From Lophium mytilinum (Eukaryota): a stretch of 64,000 nucleotides of DNA. The stretch's first letter is position 1, and each line of letters opens with the position of its first letter. The notes below the pieces were generated by a model. That model searched no databases, was not told where the DNA came from, and saw only the letters and a program-made list of their open reading frames with translations. Below, piece by piece: positions 26,973-40,015 of this stretch. The position numbers were made by a program, and so were the translations under genes. The DNA is taken from positions 434,001-498,000 of the forward strand of contig MU004183.1 of assembly GCA_010093605.1 (NCBI GenBank). The letters run 5' to 3'.

Positions 26973-27301
26973 GTACATTTACGCACCGTTCGGGGGGGTC
27001 TTCTATAGTTATCTAGACCCCGAAAACTAACGTTTAGTGGATTGTAATTCGTAGGTAGAATCTTGAACCCTTCGGGGGGGCTTCCATAATTATCCAAGCC
27101 GTGGTGCGATTCACGGTGTGTTGATCTTTACATTCAGTTTGTAGATTTACGCACCGTCCAGGGGGGTCTTCCTTCGGTAACCAAGCCCGCAAAATGTAGC
27201 GTGATAGAGTTGCGATTTACGCTGTCTCCACCTTTACATTGAGTATGTACATTTACGCACCGTCCGGGGGGGTCTTCCTTCGGCATACAGGCCCACAAAA
27301 C
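26973..27301 (+). repeat. Diverged tandem array (4 units, full unit ~106 bp)
   Basis: Recurrent GTA(C/G)ATTTACGCACCGT(T/C)C-G6-7-TCTTC...CC(C/G)(C/G)AAAA. G-runs start at 26992, 27074, 27161 and 27266. Confidence 0.85.
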
Positions 27302-27456
27302 TCACGGTTATATACCCAAATATAGGATGCATAGGAAGGCAGTTAATTATACACATTCTCCCCCAAGAATTGTAGTGTCATCAGAGTAGTATTTCGTAGG
27401 TATTAACTGCTGATCTTCTCCATGTTCCGCCACCCAAACACCCCTATTCGTACCCC

Positions 27457-28467
27457 CTAAGCTCCTGCAAGAAGGTCCTCCCTAGCCTCCCTCTCAGCCC
27501 TCAGAACAGCAATCAAGCGCTGCTGTTTCGCCACTTGTTCCCGAAGTTCCCGATTTTCCGCCAAAAGTTGGCCCATCGTGCGGCCTTCTGCGTCTTCTTC
27601 CTCCTTAAGTGGCACCCGACGTTCCTCCCTAGCCAACGGGGCGTCTGCTGCTCGTATGCCCTCCTTCAGCTTTGCCTTCAGCACTTCCGCCCTATCTTCC
27701 AGATCTTCCAACTCGCGCCTGTGCCGTGCCGCCTCGTCGTAGTCGTGAGTACGCGCAGAAGTCTGGTGGTGGTGGGGACGCTTAGGGGGCCTATAGCTGT
27801 CTGTGCTACGCCTTGGGACTACGCGACGCTTTGGGGCGATGATGGCGTTAGAAGGCGCAATAGGTGGGGATTTCGACCGCTGGTAGTGCACAGGATGGTC
27901 CAGGCTGTCTGTGCTGGTCTCGCGAGTGTTCAGGGACGCTTCGTCTTCTTCTTCCACTTCTTCCTCATCAGGCCAATCACTGTACGCAAAGAGGGTCTTC
28001 TCCTCCGACGCCGAGGCGGTCTTGGAAGCACTGGAAGGTGTGCGACGCTTCCTAGACGTTGGGGCCCGGGCATCTTCCAGCAACATGGCCGCCATGTCTA
28101 GCTTCCGCTTATAGGACTCGTCGTTCAGACCGCGGTGTCTGCCGCCGTAGGTGTCGTCGAATCCGCGCGGTTCGAATCCGATGCGGTTTCTCCACCAGAT
28201 GCTCCCTTTGATGCACAGTGGGCAGGCCACGTTGTCATGCTTGATCTTGTCTTTGCACCAAGCGCACCTGCCCTGACAGGCGTAGAAGTCGTCGTGGCCG
28301 GGCTCCCAGCACCGAATGCAGAGGCCTCTACCGACGTCTCGTGGGACCTCGTCGTCGCTCACGGTGATGTATTCGCGGCCTCGGTGTCGGAAGACGGCAG
28401 TTTGAGACGTACGATGTGACTGCGTGGATAGGGCGCCAGGGGGCAGAGGAGGGTAGAAGTCAGACAT
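27457..28467 (-). CDS. Orphan protein with two zinc-knuckle-like motifs and a C-terminal coiled coil
   Basis: Intronless ORF with ATG at 28467. Contains CIRCWEPGHDDFYAC and CAWCKDKIKHDNVACPLC, an acidic tract, and heptad-like LLAENRELREQVAKQQRLIAVL. Confidence 0.6.
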   Translation of the reverse strand: MSDFYPPLPPGALSTQSHRTSQTAVFRHRGREYITVSDDEVPRDVGRGLCIRCWEPGHDDFYACQGRCAWCKDKIKHDNVACPLCIKGSIWWRNRIGFEPRGFDDTYGGRHRGLNDESYKRKLDMAAMLLEDARAPTSRKRRTPSSASKTASASEEKTLFAYSDWPDEEEVEEEDEASLNTRETSTDSLDHPVHYQRSKSPPIAPSNAIIAPKRRVVPRRSTDSYRPPKRPHHHQTSARTHDYDEAARHRRELEDLEDRAEVLKAKLKEGIRAADAPLAREERRVPLKEEEDAEGRTMGQLLAENRELREQVAKQQRLIAVLRAEREAREDLLAGA

Positions 28468-29671
28468 TGATAAAGGTTGGAGCAGGCAGAGGGCGGACGA
28501 AGACACGAGAAGGTCCCAGGGTGTTTAAGGAAAGACGGTTGATGTGGACAGAGCGTGGAGATGAGGAGGGGGCGTGGAGAAGGTGCCCGCAGGGTGGTGA
28601 GGTGAGGTGAAGAAGGCAGGAGGAGGAGGAGGCGACTGACTTCTTTAAGAAGACTTCGGAACCGACACGATTAAAACGTCCCACTCCCCATGGCTGCTTC
28701 CTATCTCGGAAACACGTTGACACCCAGAGGTCCTTGACCGCCGTTCACCACCGCTTGGGGTGCCCCCATGGACCTTTGAAAGTCCGACCATGATGTAAAA
28801 GTTGAGGCTGTTCAAATCAGACTGCCGTCTGGAACTCACCTTCCGCATCCGAAAGCACCCCCCAGCGGGTCAAATGTGGATAGAGAGCTTAGGTAGCGAT
28901 ACGAGATCAAGGAGATGCCACGAATGACGGCGGAGAAGTGCCGAACCTACTCAAATCTACAAACCAAACTGCTCGTTTCGTTTCAGATCACTCGATTCCA
29001 CAGTCCGATGAACATCAGACAATGTTACCTACGTACACTCTAATCTACTACCTAAGAATGCCCCCCTCGCACTTCCAACACTCAACCAGGCACATCCACT
29101 CCAGTCCCAGAACACCAGCAAACACCGCGATATAGTACCACCTGCACCACCTCATCTCACCTCGCTCACATTCGCTGCATGACTTGAGAAGAGAAAACAA
29201 GGGGTACCAACCAGCCAATCAGCCACCCACCCAATCCATGCAATTTAACCGCTTGACACCGTCCATTCCCGGTCCGATCCCAAAACTCCAGAAGCCCACA
29301 GCTAATCATGCCCATGCACACAAGGAACACAACGAAAGTAGAAATGAGTGAAGAGAATAGAAAGTTGAACTAAAGTAAGGCAAGGATTTTACCCTTACCA
29401 CGAGTCCAGGTGTCTCGTCTGCACATATGCAGACACCATTGAGCTATGAGCTGAGATACTGATACCTGGACGCTTTATGTGTGGAAGAGGTGGATTGGAC
29501 GAGCCGGCCACAGTGCAAGTGTGGTGACAAAGTGGCGAGGATGTCGGTCGGAGTTGAGATTGCTTTGCCTGCAGTAGTGATAACAGTCAAAACGGCTCAG
29601 AAATGCTGCCCGCAACATTCGTGATGATGTTGTGAGCAGACCTAGAAAGAAGAAGGAAACACCGATGCACA

Positions 29672-32334
29672 TCAATGCGCAGTGCGAGTACCCTGTCCCA
29701 AAGTCTCCAGCAAGCTAACATCCCCGAAATGTTTTGCATCGTACTGGTTCGATTCGTGGGTAGCGACAGGTGCAAGGTCTTCTACAGACTTGCCAGTAAT
29801 CGTTGCGGTGCTCTCCCCCAGATTGCCGCCAGCCCCGTCATGAGGCTGTGAGCCGGTATGCGCTGCGCTACTTGAGCTCTCCCCTCCCGCAGAACCCTCG
29901 CGACCTTTACCGAGGTTCGGGCTGCCGTCGTGTTCCGCAAGATTCTCAATATGAGAGCTTCCATGAGCGTGGTCATTCTTATCGTCTTCACTTCCAATGA
30001 CCGCAGCAAGACTGGTGAAGTTGAACATGGGCTCAAGGCCTGGAGTGCCATTGGGCGGGGTCTCGTCTCTGTTGATACTCACACCCGAGGCGTTCGGGCT
30101 AGGTTCGAATGAGGAACCGGAGGCGCCAAATCCACCCACTTGCTGTAGCGAGCCTTGCAACGACTCGGAGAAAGAAGAAGCGGACGACGAAGCATTTGAT
30201 AAGTTCCTGAGAATTTGCCGATGGGAAGGCGGCTCAGCGGGCTGCCCTGCAGTCGTAGAATGGCTTTGGATTTGGGCCCGCGAGTGCTCAAGATGGCGCT
30301 GAGGATCGTCCTTGGAACCCGACGCGTTGATGGTTGAAGTCGGTTCGTTCATCGGGTTGAAACCAGCGTACCCGCCAGATCGGTCGACTCCCTTGCCTTT
30401 GCCTGCAATCGTCGACGATCCGGCGTTGGTGGAATCGGAATCACGGTCAAAGCTGGTACTAGGGAAGAACCCGCTCTTTCTCGCTGCCTTCTCAGCCTTT
30501 TTCATCTCTTTTGCTTTCTTTTTCCCCTCTTTCTTAGAATCTTTAGCAGCCTCCTTTTCTTCCTTTTTCTTGCGCTCTTCCTCAGCCGCGATGCTCAACC
30601 GAATCGCCTCCATCATCATAAGCTCCTCAAGGTCCTCGATCCGATTCCTCCTAGAGCTGTGCCGGCCAGGGAACAAGTCATCCTGGCCGTTTCCTCGTTG
30701 ACCTGGGCCCCCTGATCGCTCTGCAGCAGCAAGCAACGCACCTACGCTTCCGAGGCTCCCACCATCACCATTACGGGGCGTGTGGTTGCCACTGCTACCA
30801 CCGCTGTCACCCCCAAACATGGTCCGCCGCCTTCGACCGAGAACGAAGCCCCTGCCATCCGCAGCCTGGATATTCCCCATCATATAAGCCGCGTTATGCA
30901 AAGCAGTGGCCGCTGCAGCTCGTCGAAGTGCATGGGAACGGGCATCCGACAGCTTCTTAGCCCAATCGGGCCGAACCCGGTCCGTGGTGATCACACTCGC
31001 GTTATTGGCCGAGAGTGACGTCGTTCTCCTCCGATTACCTGTGGGTGACCCCAGTCCTTGAGAACCCAGCGAAGAAGAGGACGACATGGCTGACATGGTG
31101 CTCGCGAGCGGGTGTCCGGGTTGGCCTGCATATGAAAGCCCCCTCCTGAAAGGCGGCGGTTCGTACGTTACACCGAATTCTGGCTGGACGCAAAATGGAC
31201 AAGAAGCAGGTTCCGAAACAAGCATTCCGTCTTCCTGAGGCTCCTTACTCGCATTTGGGTCGGTCGGATCATGATGTTCCGGAGTATGTGGGTCAGGTCG
31301 TTTGATTTGAACAAAGCACTCGGAACAGATCGGTTGATCGCAGCAGCGGGTCTTATTGAGATAGGGCGGATAGTACAAGAAGCAGATGGGACACTCGGAA
31401 GCATTCTTATAAAGAAAGGCCTCTAATCGTTGGCCGTTGACATAAGGGTCCTTCGGAAGCTGTACCTCCTGGGGTGTCATTTCGGTTTGTGAGCTGTTTT
31501 TCGATGATGTTGTTAAAGCAGCCAAAGTCTTAGCCCGACCACGGAAGAATGGTGATGATGATGGCGAGGCTGAGATTGGGGATGTCGGAGAGGGCAGCGA
31601 GAAGGCCGGATGTGAGGGAGATAGATTCATTGACCTGTCGGAGTTGGACGATTGCGATCTCGAGGTTATAGGGACTGTGAGGTGGTTGATGTTGGTGTTC
31701 GAGGTCCGAGGATTCCAGTCCACACTCAAGTTGGTTGAGCGTGGTGGCTCTTCCGGAGGAATTTCATCAGCTGGAGGGATAGGCAAGTCATTGACGACAG
31801 CTACCAGTTGATGTTCAGTCCACATGTCCGAGTGGTCATTGAGGCCCTTCCAAAAAGGTGCTAGGCGACGCTCAATCTTCAGCACGGTTAGCAAGTACTT
31901 TAGCAAAGTGAAGAATCCCGGCATACCATCAATTGCCGGACAACAGTTTTGTTGAAATCTTCCGGCCCCGTATAGGTTCCCAGTGTTACTAAATATCCGC
32001 CATCGACACCCTCCTCGCGGATGCTCCGCTCCCGCTCTTTGTCTCGGGCAGCCCGCTCCTTTTCCAATTTCCGGGCCTCCCTCTCTACTTTTGTCTCCCG
32101 CCGAGCTTCCACGGTTGGTTGATCGGAGCTCCCACCGATACCTAGGAACGACAGGTCAGGTCTACTTCCCCGTCCGCCGCGACTGGTATATGTTGCCAAC
32201 CTGTCGCCCGCGAGGTGGGAGGAAGAGCCGGAGGGCCCGGTAGTAGTAGGAGAGCCTGTATCGCGAACACCATCGGACCGCGAATAGCTGCGCGAGGAGC
32301 CCGGACGCGACTCCTTGGTCGAGCTGTTACCCAT
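29672..32334 (-). CDS. SIP5: Sip5-like Snf1-interacting protein
   Basis: N-terminus [22 protein letters not shown]...[16 protein letters not shown] across intron 31877-31926. Cys-rich [10 protein letters not shown]...[19 protein letters not shown], and [15 protein letters not shown]. Confidence 0.9.
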
Positions 32335-34194
32335 GTTGCCCAACGGGAATATCTCAGGAATGCCGTCGAGGCCGTGGAAGGGAGCGGATTGGCGATGGGG
32401 GAGAGGTAATTAGGAGGCGGGACCTCATAAAAGGATAGTAGCCACGGGAGAAGGTGTGAATGCAGACAAGGGCCACCGGGGGGTCTCTGGTGGTTCTTCG
32501 AGCGGGGAGTCGGGTCGCGTCACAGGGACATGATAATGGATGAAATCTAAGACAGCTGGCCCAGCCGGAGTCGCCTTATCGCACGGTGGGAGGTTGCGGG
32601 CGGGCGGACTGGTGGTTTTGGGGGGGTGGATGCGGCGTGGAGGCGGCCGGCGCTGGGTGATGGAGGTCAGTCGGGGGGGTGGAGGAGTGAAGAAGGTGGT
32701 GGGCGTGGATGATGCCGTCAGTCTGCTTTGGGTTGACGTTGGATGAAGGAGCCACGGTTGTTTGCTTTGTGAGAGGGCGGGGAAGGAAGAGCCCGGCGAT
32801 GTGAGCAGCCAGATTATCTACACCTCCGACATCATCGTGGACATGGCCGCTTGAATCGCTCCAAAGCCTGCTGCTAGACTGCACTGCTGCAGGTGCTCCA
32901 GCGCTACGAATTACCAGGCTACTCATACTATTACCGCCCGCGCCAGCCAGGGCTTGCTTCGTGCCTTGCCTTAGGTCTAGATAAAGCTGCCGCCGAAACC
33001 GCCCAGCATGGGGCGCATCAAACCCCACGCCCGCCTGCAACCAAGCTTTCACCACCAGATCTAGGAGCCGGGCACCGTACGAGTCAGCTGTCCCTAGCCC
33101 GATACAAACCTCATCATCTGCTCAATTCTCTCATAGAATATTGTCTACTTTCTGCGGTTGTTATCTCTCCTTCACTAGTCTACACTCCACCGAGGTCACG
33201 CCGAGAAATGGGCATCAGGACATCAGGTCAGGGCATTAGGCCGCTATTTTAACCTATGGCGAGGCTGCCCGATTCTGTTTGGGCCTTCTTGGTTCAGGAC
33301 GACGTGGCCGAATGTGAACGGGGAATCCCTACAAGTTTCAAGATTCGGTCACTTCTAAGGACTTTATGATTCGAAAGGGATAGATTTCTGAAGTTTGATC
33401 CCGACTGAGAGCAAACTGCCCCTCCTATCATTTGCAACTTGAGTCTGCGTCTAATTTACACAAGATGATATCGATTTTCTTGCTTCTTAGTTGCCGTCTC
33501 ATGCACCCTCGTAAAACAGCGGTCGGGCCATAGCGTGCATCGCAGTGTAGCAAAGGCTAGGTTGTGATTTTGGAGAATGGGCCAGTGTTCTCCTGGCAAT
33601 TTAAGACAGCCTGCAGGAGGCATCAGAAGGAAGCCTGCATCATAGCTTCAGGGACTTTACAGGTTATCTCAACTTTTCTCGATATCATGAAGAGCTTCTG
33701 AGACTGCATAATAGGAGCAAAAGAAGACGGGCGTGTCTAGAGCAACGACAAACAGTACAACAGCAGATAGCTGTGTGTAGGCATCTAGTTAGACAGTCTA
33801 AAATTCGCAATTACCACTGACCGATATCTATGCTTTGATATAGTCAACTCTCCAAGGCCGAAATGGCTGCTTTCAGCACCGTGCAGCCGTATGAGGTCTC
33901 CCCTATCTCCAACAGTATCACCAAGGAACGGCAAAAGCTGAGTAAATCAGGTGTGCAAAAAGCAACACTCTTTTCCATTGCAAACAGCCAACATATAAAT
34001 ACCAAAATAATTTGGAAAGCGACATCAATCGTCAGGTCGTCCATCACACACATCTGTACTGAAATCTACGCCTACCGTTCCCACTTCTCCCCCAGCCGGA
34101 CCTCCGCGTCACCTCAATGCTCACTTCACCCAGCGCAAAACGTCGCCTTCAAACGCACTCCCACAAACCTTACGACCCATACGAACCCGCAAAT

Positions 34195-35063
34195 ATGGAC
34201 TTCGCACCCTACCAAGACGCCTCGCCCGAAACTCACCGCGCCTTTTCTCCCCCACCGCCCGGCGCGCGCTCTCCTTCTGGCGTACGCTCACCCACCTACT
34301 CGCCGCGCGCCTCGTTCGACCGTACCCGCAATATCGGCACCGCCGCCGTCGCATCGCCCTCGACTACGTCTCCGCAGGCTGGATACTTTGGGAACCAGGA
34401 GCCTGAACGGGAGCCGTGGGTAGGGAACGGGGGAGGAGGAGGATTCGGCGGCAGGAGAGAGGATGTGGATATGTTTGAGACGAGTTTGCAGCGGTGGGGG
34501 CTGAGGATGGATTATGAAGCGTGCCTGGCGTATTTGCTGCTGCCGCCGGCGGGGGGTGTGCTGTTGTTGGTGCTGGAGCATCGGAGTGATTATGTGAGGT
34601 GAGTGGATGGATTATCTTTTAGGTTGATGTGGAGGGAGGGTGGGTGTGATAGTGTGGTCGCACTTGTGAAGCAGAAGGCTTTGAGGATATACTAGGTGTG
34701 GGGACGAAAGCTGATCCGCGATGCAGGTTCCACGCATGGCAGTCCAGCTTACTGTTCGCGTTCATCTTCGTAAGTTCCCCCAGGTCAGATATACGGGGCA
34801 CTGGAGCTAATGCAGAGCAGGTTGTCCACATCATCTTCTCCTGGACGAGCATAATATCGTGGCTGCTATTCGCCTGCGATGTTGCCCTGATAGCTTATCT
34901 CATGTTCCGGGCGTACAAAGATGGTAAGCATTTTGATAGTCTTACGACAACTAAGGTCTTTCCCTCTATATTCCATATCTAACAGTTTGCAGCCGAAACA
35001 CTTGATCGATTCGAAGTCCCTTTCTTTGGGCCCCTCGCCAGCTCGATATTAGATGACGAGTGA
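34195..35063 (+). CDS. Small conserved membrane protein (UPF0132-like)
   Basis: Spliced product MDFAPYQD...LAYLLLPPAGGVLLLVLEHRSDYVR|FHAWQSSLLF...AYKD|AETLDRFEVPFFG...DDE*. Confidence 0.75.
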
Positions 35064-35576
35064 CACCGCGTCGAGTCTGTGGCACGTGTCAATGGAATGG
35101 CATAGGACTTACAGATGTACTTCACATTTCTTCATACTAAACAGCATGCAAGGCGTTTGGGAGGGCTGTTTGAATACCCAAATCATTGCGATGGCTTCGG
35201 CGCAGGTTTATGTGGTGTGGTGGGAGTCTCTTATCGGCTTGAAGTTGTTTTTATTTTGGCTAACCTAATACACGGGGTGGTGGGAGTCTCTTATGTGATT
35301 GTGGAGAGCCACACACAAGTACTTAATTTATAATTCCCGTGTATTGAGTGCTCCCTCTTCTGTGACACTATTGGTGATCTGGGCGAGCGGCTTTGATATA
35401 CTAATAGCATTTAATTGTGTTGGTGTATTGCTACTGCTCGTGGTCCTATAACTGTTCGACTACTGCAGTATATCACCGACTGGCTAGGATAACAATATTC
35501 AGAGTTCCAAAAGCCATCCCCGTGTTTGACAGCCAAACTCTGATTTCCAAGTCATGAATGACACTCCTCCATCGGG

Positions 35577-36716
35577 CTATCCAAACCTCTCTCTAGCAAT
35601 CGCCTTCAGCATCTCCATCGTCTTTTCCTCCTTCGCCCTGATCTCCGCCTGCCTCTCCTCCCTCTCCTCGGCCTTCGCTCTCATAATCTCCTCCTTCCGG
35701 ATCTCCCTCTCGTTTTTCTTCCGCTCACCCTCCTTCTTCCGCTTCTTATACCCGTCTATCCCATCATCACCCATCAGATCGCCTTCCGGAACCTCCTCCG
35801 CACCAGGCGACTTCGCCTCCCTAAATGCATTGAGCGTGCCAGTGACTTCCCGCTTCTTTTCAAGCGCACGCTCTCGGGACCCAGGATCCGCGCGGGGGGC
35901 AAGCTCTTCAAGGCGCTCCTTCTGTGCGTTGCGATCCAGTTTGCGCTCGTAGCGGAGGTCAGAGATGTTGTGCGAGCGAGCCTCGGCAGACATTTCTAGG
36001 GAACGTTTATTAGCAATCTGCTCCATCTACATATGCACAAGGCTTCTGCATACCATCTCTAAGCTCCAAGTCCTCTCTACGCGGTATGACAGGGCCTGCG
36101 CGGCGACCATGCGAGTCTGGAAGCGCAGGTCCGATCTCATCGTCGGAGCTTGAATCCTCCTTCGTGTTCCCCGCGTCTTGTGTAGTTTTATATGGACGGA
36201 GGTCTGGGGACTTTCGACGTTGGCGCTTGGGAGATATCGAGCCAGCGGTTTGCGCGTCGGTAGATGCGGCGGTGTCTTGCGTCTTTTTCAGCATGGCGGG
36301 GTCGTACCAGCCTTCTGCGAGTTCTCCACGGTTCCTCATGAACGTTAGTCTAGTGTTGCAAGATATGAGATAGCGAAGGGTGCATAAAGTGAGTATGAAA
36401 GCGTGGTATACCATTTGGAGAGGAAGCTTTTCCATCGTCCGCGGGCCTCGTGCTCCTCCAGTTCCTCGAGGTACAGCTGTTTATGGATGTCGAGGTATGA
36501 TGCGAAGAGGGGTTTGTATGCTGTGAAGTCTTGCTTTATGAGCGTGCGAGCGCGGTATGGGAGGACTGTTGGAGGCGGTGGTGAGCGTTTCCGCTTGTGT
36601 CGCGATTCGTCAGGGCGGCGCGGGGAACGGGATCGGGCATCGTGAGAGCGGCGGTGGTGATGGGAGGAGCGGTGGGGTTCTCTATGCGTATGTCGAGAGT
36701 TGGAGTGAGAAGGCAT
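35577..36716 (-). CDS. Conserved hypothetical charged/coiled-coil protein
   Basis: Three exons: RS/H-rich N-terminus, ARGRWKSFLSKW|NRGELAEGWYDP, and EELAPRADPGSRERALEKKRE...MLKAIARERFG. Confidence 0.75.
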
Positions 36717-37681
36717 GATGTTGGTGGGTGTTTAGAGGGGGTCGATGCAGGTTGGTGTGGTGCAAAGGAAGGATCTCTCTCTGCCAACATCAACATTTCG
36801 ACGTGTTATGAAATCAGCTGTGTGTACAACATCTCAATCTATATCCGGTCCATAGTAACAATCTCGAGTTGGTTGACTCCAAAAAAATGTAGTCTTATTG
36901 GGTTGGAACTAATTTGATAGCCGACATTGAGCACTACAACTTCTTCCGTTAACGCCAGCTGTTTTCATCATAGGTCATCCACGTAAGTAAATATCCATCC
37001 AATACTTCCCTAGCACTCAACGATCTTAGATTAAGCAGTAATAGTCGCATTTTAGAATCAACTTGAACCCTTGAAACATATGGAGAGATCGAGAAGCAAG
37101 CTGGACACTACTCCACTGATGGACCAAGTATGATCTTGAAAGCTCGCCCTTCATCATCTCAGACTACATGCATCGGCCCCAGTCCACATGGAGTGACCTA
37201 GAACTAAATTAATGAATCTCTATAAGAGAAGGTGACTATTATTCTCCCGTCTTCTAGACTAAGAATTCGGCCTTTCATTTGTATAGCATCTCCCGACTAA
37301 CAACCTTCACAACCGGTCTCTCGTAAATATAACGCCTTCTGCCAGAGTTTGCTCATGTTCCCCCAGCGCCATTCTTAGGGTGTTAAAATGTATTGCCTGG
37401 GCGGTGAAGCCAAGGTGGATGTTACGAGCGGCCTCACCTCGCACGTTGCTACCGTATATCAAGCCAAAGACAAACGACTTGGCTTTGAAACACTTAGGCA
37501 ACACTTCTTAACTTAGTAACTCACTTTATCTTCCTTGCGCTTATCATTCAAATCTCTATTTCCAAATTTGATGATCTAGTCTTTCAGATCTCTCGCATCT
37601 TTTACTCACTCTCACCACGACCAACCTCTTACCGGTCAGCTTCCTTCGACTTCAAGCTCCTGCCCTTAACATCCTCTTTCT

Positions 37682-37709
37682 ATCATCATCATTATCATCA
37701 TCATCATCA
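37682..37709 (+). repeat. (ATC)n microsatellite
   Basis: atcatcatcattatcatcatcatcatca. Confidence 0.7.
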
Positions 37710-37892
37710 ACCTCTTATCCCTCTACCTTCTCCGGCCTCCTGCAACCTCGCTGCAAGATAGATGACGAGGCCCACTATTTGAGCCGTCTCTCCTTCCCGT
37801 CATCATCAAATACACCTATCGCCCTCAGCTGCCTTAAAACCAGTGCGAGTCAACCAGGACCTGACCAACATTCTTTTGCTGAGCCATTTCTA

Positions 37893-39313
37893 ATGGCCGC
37901 CGCCGGCTTCTCAGCCGGGCAATACGTTCTAGTGCCGCTCCCAGGCAAACCTCAACAATCATGGCCGGGTGTTGTGTGTACAGACGACATGGTAGACATG
38001 GTACCAGAAGCCAATCGCGAAAACGGACTGAACGGCTATGAGTTGCCGGTGTTACTGCGCAGGGCTCACACGCTGGGAGTGTAAGTGATCCTTCTCGAAA
38101 GCCATTCAGCTGCACGATGCTAATTGATGATCAATTGAATTAGTGTTTACGCTAGTGCTGGCGCCTTGCGTGGGCTGGATCCAGAGGATCAAGACGCCAT
38201 ATCCCACATGGACGCAGATCGACGTGCGGCGTACAGCGAGATATTCGACTACGCTCGTGATGTTCACTACCCCGATCTGGATTACTGGAGGGACATTTTG
38301 GCGACTGGTCTCATGTTACAATCAGACGACTATTCGTCGGACGACAGCATCATACTCGTCGAGGAAGCGGACGCGCAACCAGGGAGGAAAAGGAAGCAGG
38401 ACGTGTTCATGCCACAGTCCCGCTCTAGCCAACCAAAGACACTGAGAATCAATCCGCCCATTCTATCGCTATCCGCCGAGACCCGAGATACCAAAGACCA
38501 AATACGTAACACGACGCCCGTTCTGGGAATTGTGGACTCGCAGAACAGGCACTCTGACCATGAACAGTCCACGCAGGAAGAATATACGACTCAGTCTCTA
38601 GACGATCGCTCTCAGACACAGGGGCGGGAGCCAGAACCGTAAGTCAAAGAAAACTAGATGCAGTTTATCTCCGCAACTAACCCAATTCTAGAGTCGATAG
38701 AGAGTGGGCGACGTTCTATATCGGTAAAGATGAGAAGGAATTCATAGTTCCGTTTGCGCACGTGCAGAAGTTTGATTGCTTCAAAGAGGCTATCGAAGAC
38801 GCCGACACGGGCATATGCGTCAGACGTCCAGCTTTCGCGAAAATAGACCCTAAGAATTTCGAAGCTGTGTCTATGTTCATTTCTAATGAAGACTTCTACC
38901 CACTCTTCAAGCAAGACTCAGCAAAGGATCATTTCGTGGACGATATGCCGACCCAAGCAGAAAAGAACGTAGCCATGACCCAGTGCATTCAAGCATGGAA
39001 GGTCTCCTGCGAGATCCCGTTCGAGGAAATGATGGAAATGACTTTGCGAAAGATTAAGGCTCTTAAGGATTCCAAGGCGTTCATCCTCTATCTGTCGAAG
39101 GTAGTTTTTGCCGAGCCGAGCTACGATCTCGACGCTGAGACGCAGCTACGGGAATTTTTGATCAGCGAAATCCACGACAATATCTGGCCGGATATGAATG
39201 AGCAGGGGAATGTCCGCGATGCTTTCCTGAAGTGCCCCGACTTGATGACGGCGGTGGCGGAGCGCATCCGTGAGGCTAGAGAGCCCCGGACCGATCCCGA
39301 TGAGGGAGCTTGA
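37893..39313 (+). CDS. Hypothetical protein; possible PWWP-like N-terminus and BTB/POZ-like C-terminal half
   Basis: Three exon-like ORFs separated by GTAAG..CTAAY..AG introns. QYVLVPLPGKPQQSWPGVV resembles PWWP; WATFYIGKDEKEFIVP...IDPKNFEAVSMFI resembles fungal BTB-like domains. Domain calls are tentative. Confidence 0.55.
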
Positions 39314-40015
39314 GCCTTCTAGCGTCTTCGTGTTGCTATCTGTTCTGACTGCGTACTACGGAAAGCGGAGAGGCATTGAGGCGACCTCGATGATCTTCAA
39401 CATGGCAGCTCTGATATTGATCAGCGAGAGTTCGTGGCGTCCATCTGAAAAGGGCACTTCAATGCTACTAGCCGTCTGATTTTCTCCCTTGATTGTGCGT
39501 TATGGTCTGATATTTCCCTTAGTTTCGGCATTCTCTATACATAATCGTATGCATGTATCTTTAATCTTCAATACGTCCTTCTCACTATCACACAGTGGTG
39601 ACACAGATCCCGAATCGCGTCTCCGAGGTTGGACAGATCGCTTTTCGGATTCAAATCATAACCTTCCAAAGCAAGATAGCGTTTACGTTAGCATTTCTGA
39701 CTTCTATATAGCACTGCCGCCTATGCGCTTCGGCTTCACTCACCCAGCGATCCCTGGGAGCTGTATACTGTTGAAGCTCTATGAATCAAACTAAACGAGG
39801 TCTCCATCCATGCGTAAGTTACCGTTTCCTGCTTGTGTAGAATGCGTTCGAAAGCTTGCATATTGATGACCAGTGTAGATAGCCACAGACAGTTAAACCC
39901 CGTCTCAACTGACTGTCCTCTTCCCTAAGCTCAGTTCTCATTCAGCGATACTGAAGCTATTAGCAGTAGCGCTCGGTATTCTCGGAAAAAGGGCTCATCC
40001 CCTCAAGCTAAGTAT

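Noticed and set aside
26973..27301. CRISPR-like appearance of the repeat arrays
   Set aside because: The context is eukaryotic with no cas genes, the repeats are degenerate, and the 'spacers' are homologous to each other, so this is a tandem repeat.
28169..28179. GGTTCGAATCC, a tRNA T-loop-like motif
   Set aside because: It lies inside a coding ORF with no surrounding cloverleaf.
32474..32486. CACCGGGGGGTCT resembling the 106-bp repeat core (similar run near 55832)
   Set aside because: The match is limited to a short G/C run and the flanks do not align.
35217..35294. 18-nt direct repeat GTGGTGGGAGTCTCTTAT, 60 nt apart
   Set aside because: Only two copies, in a 3' region; likely a trivial local duplication.
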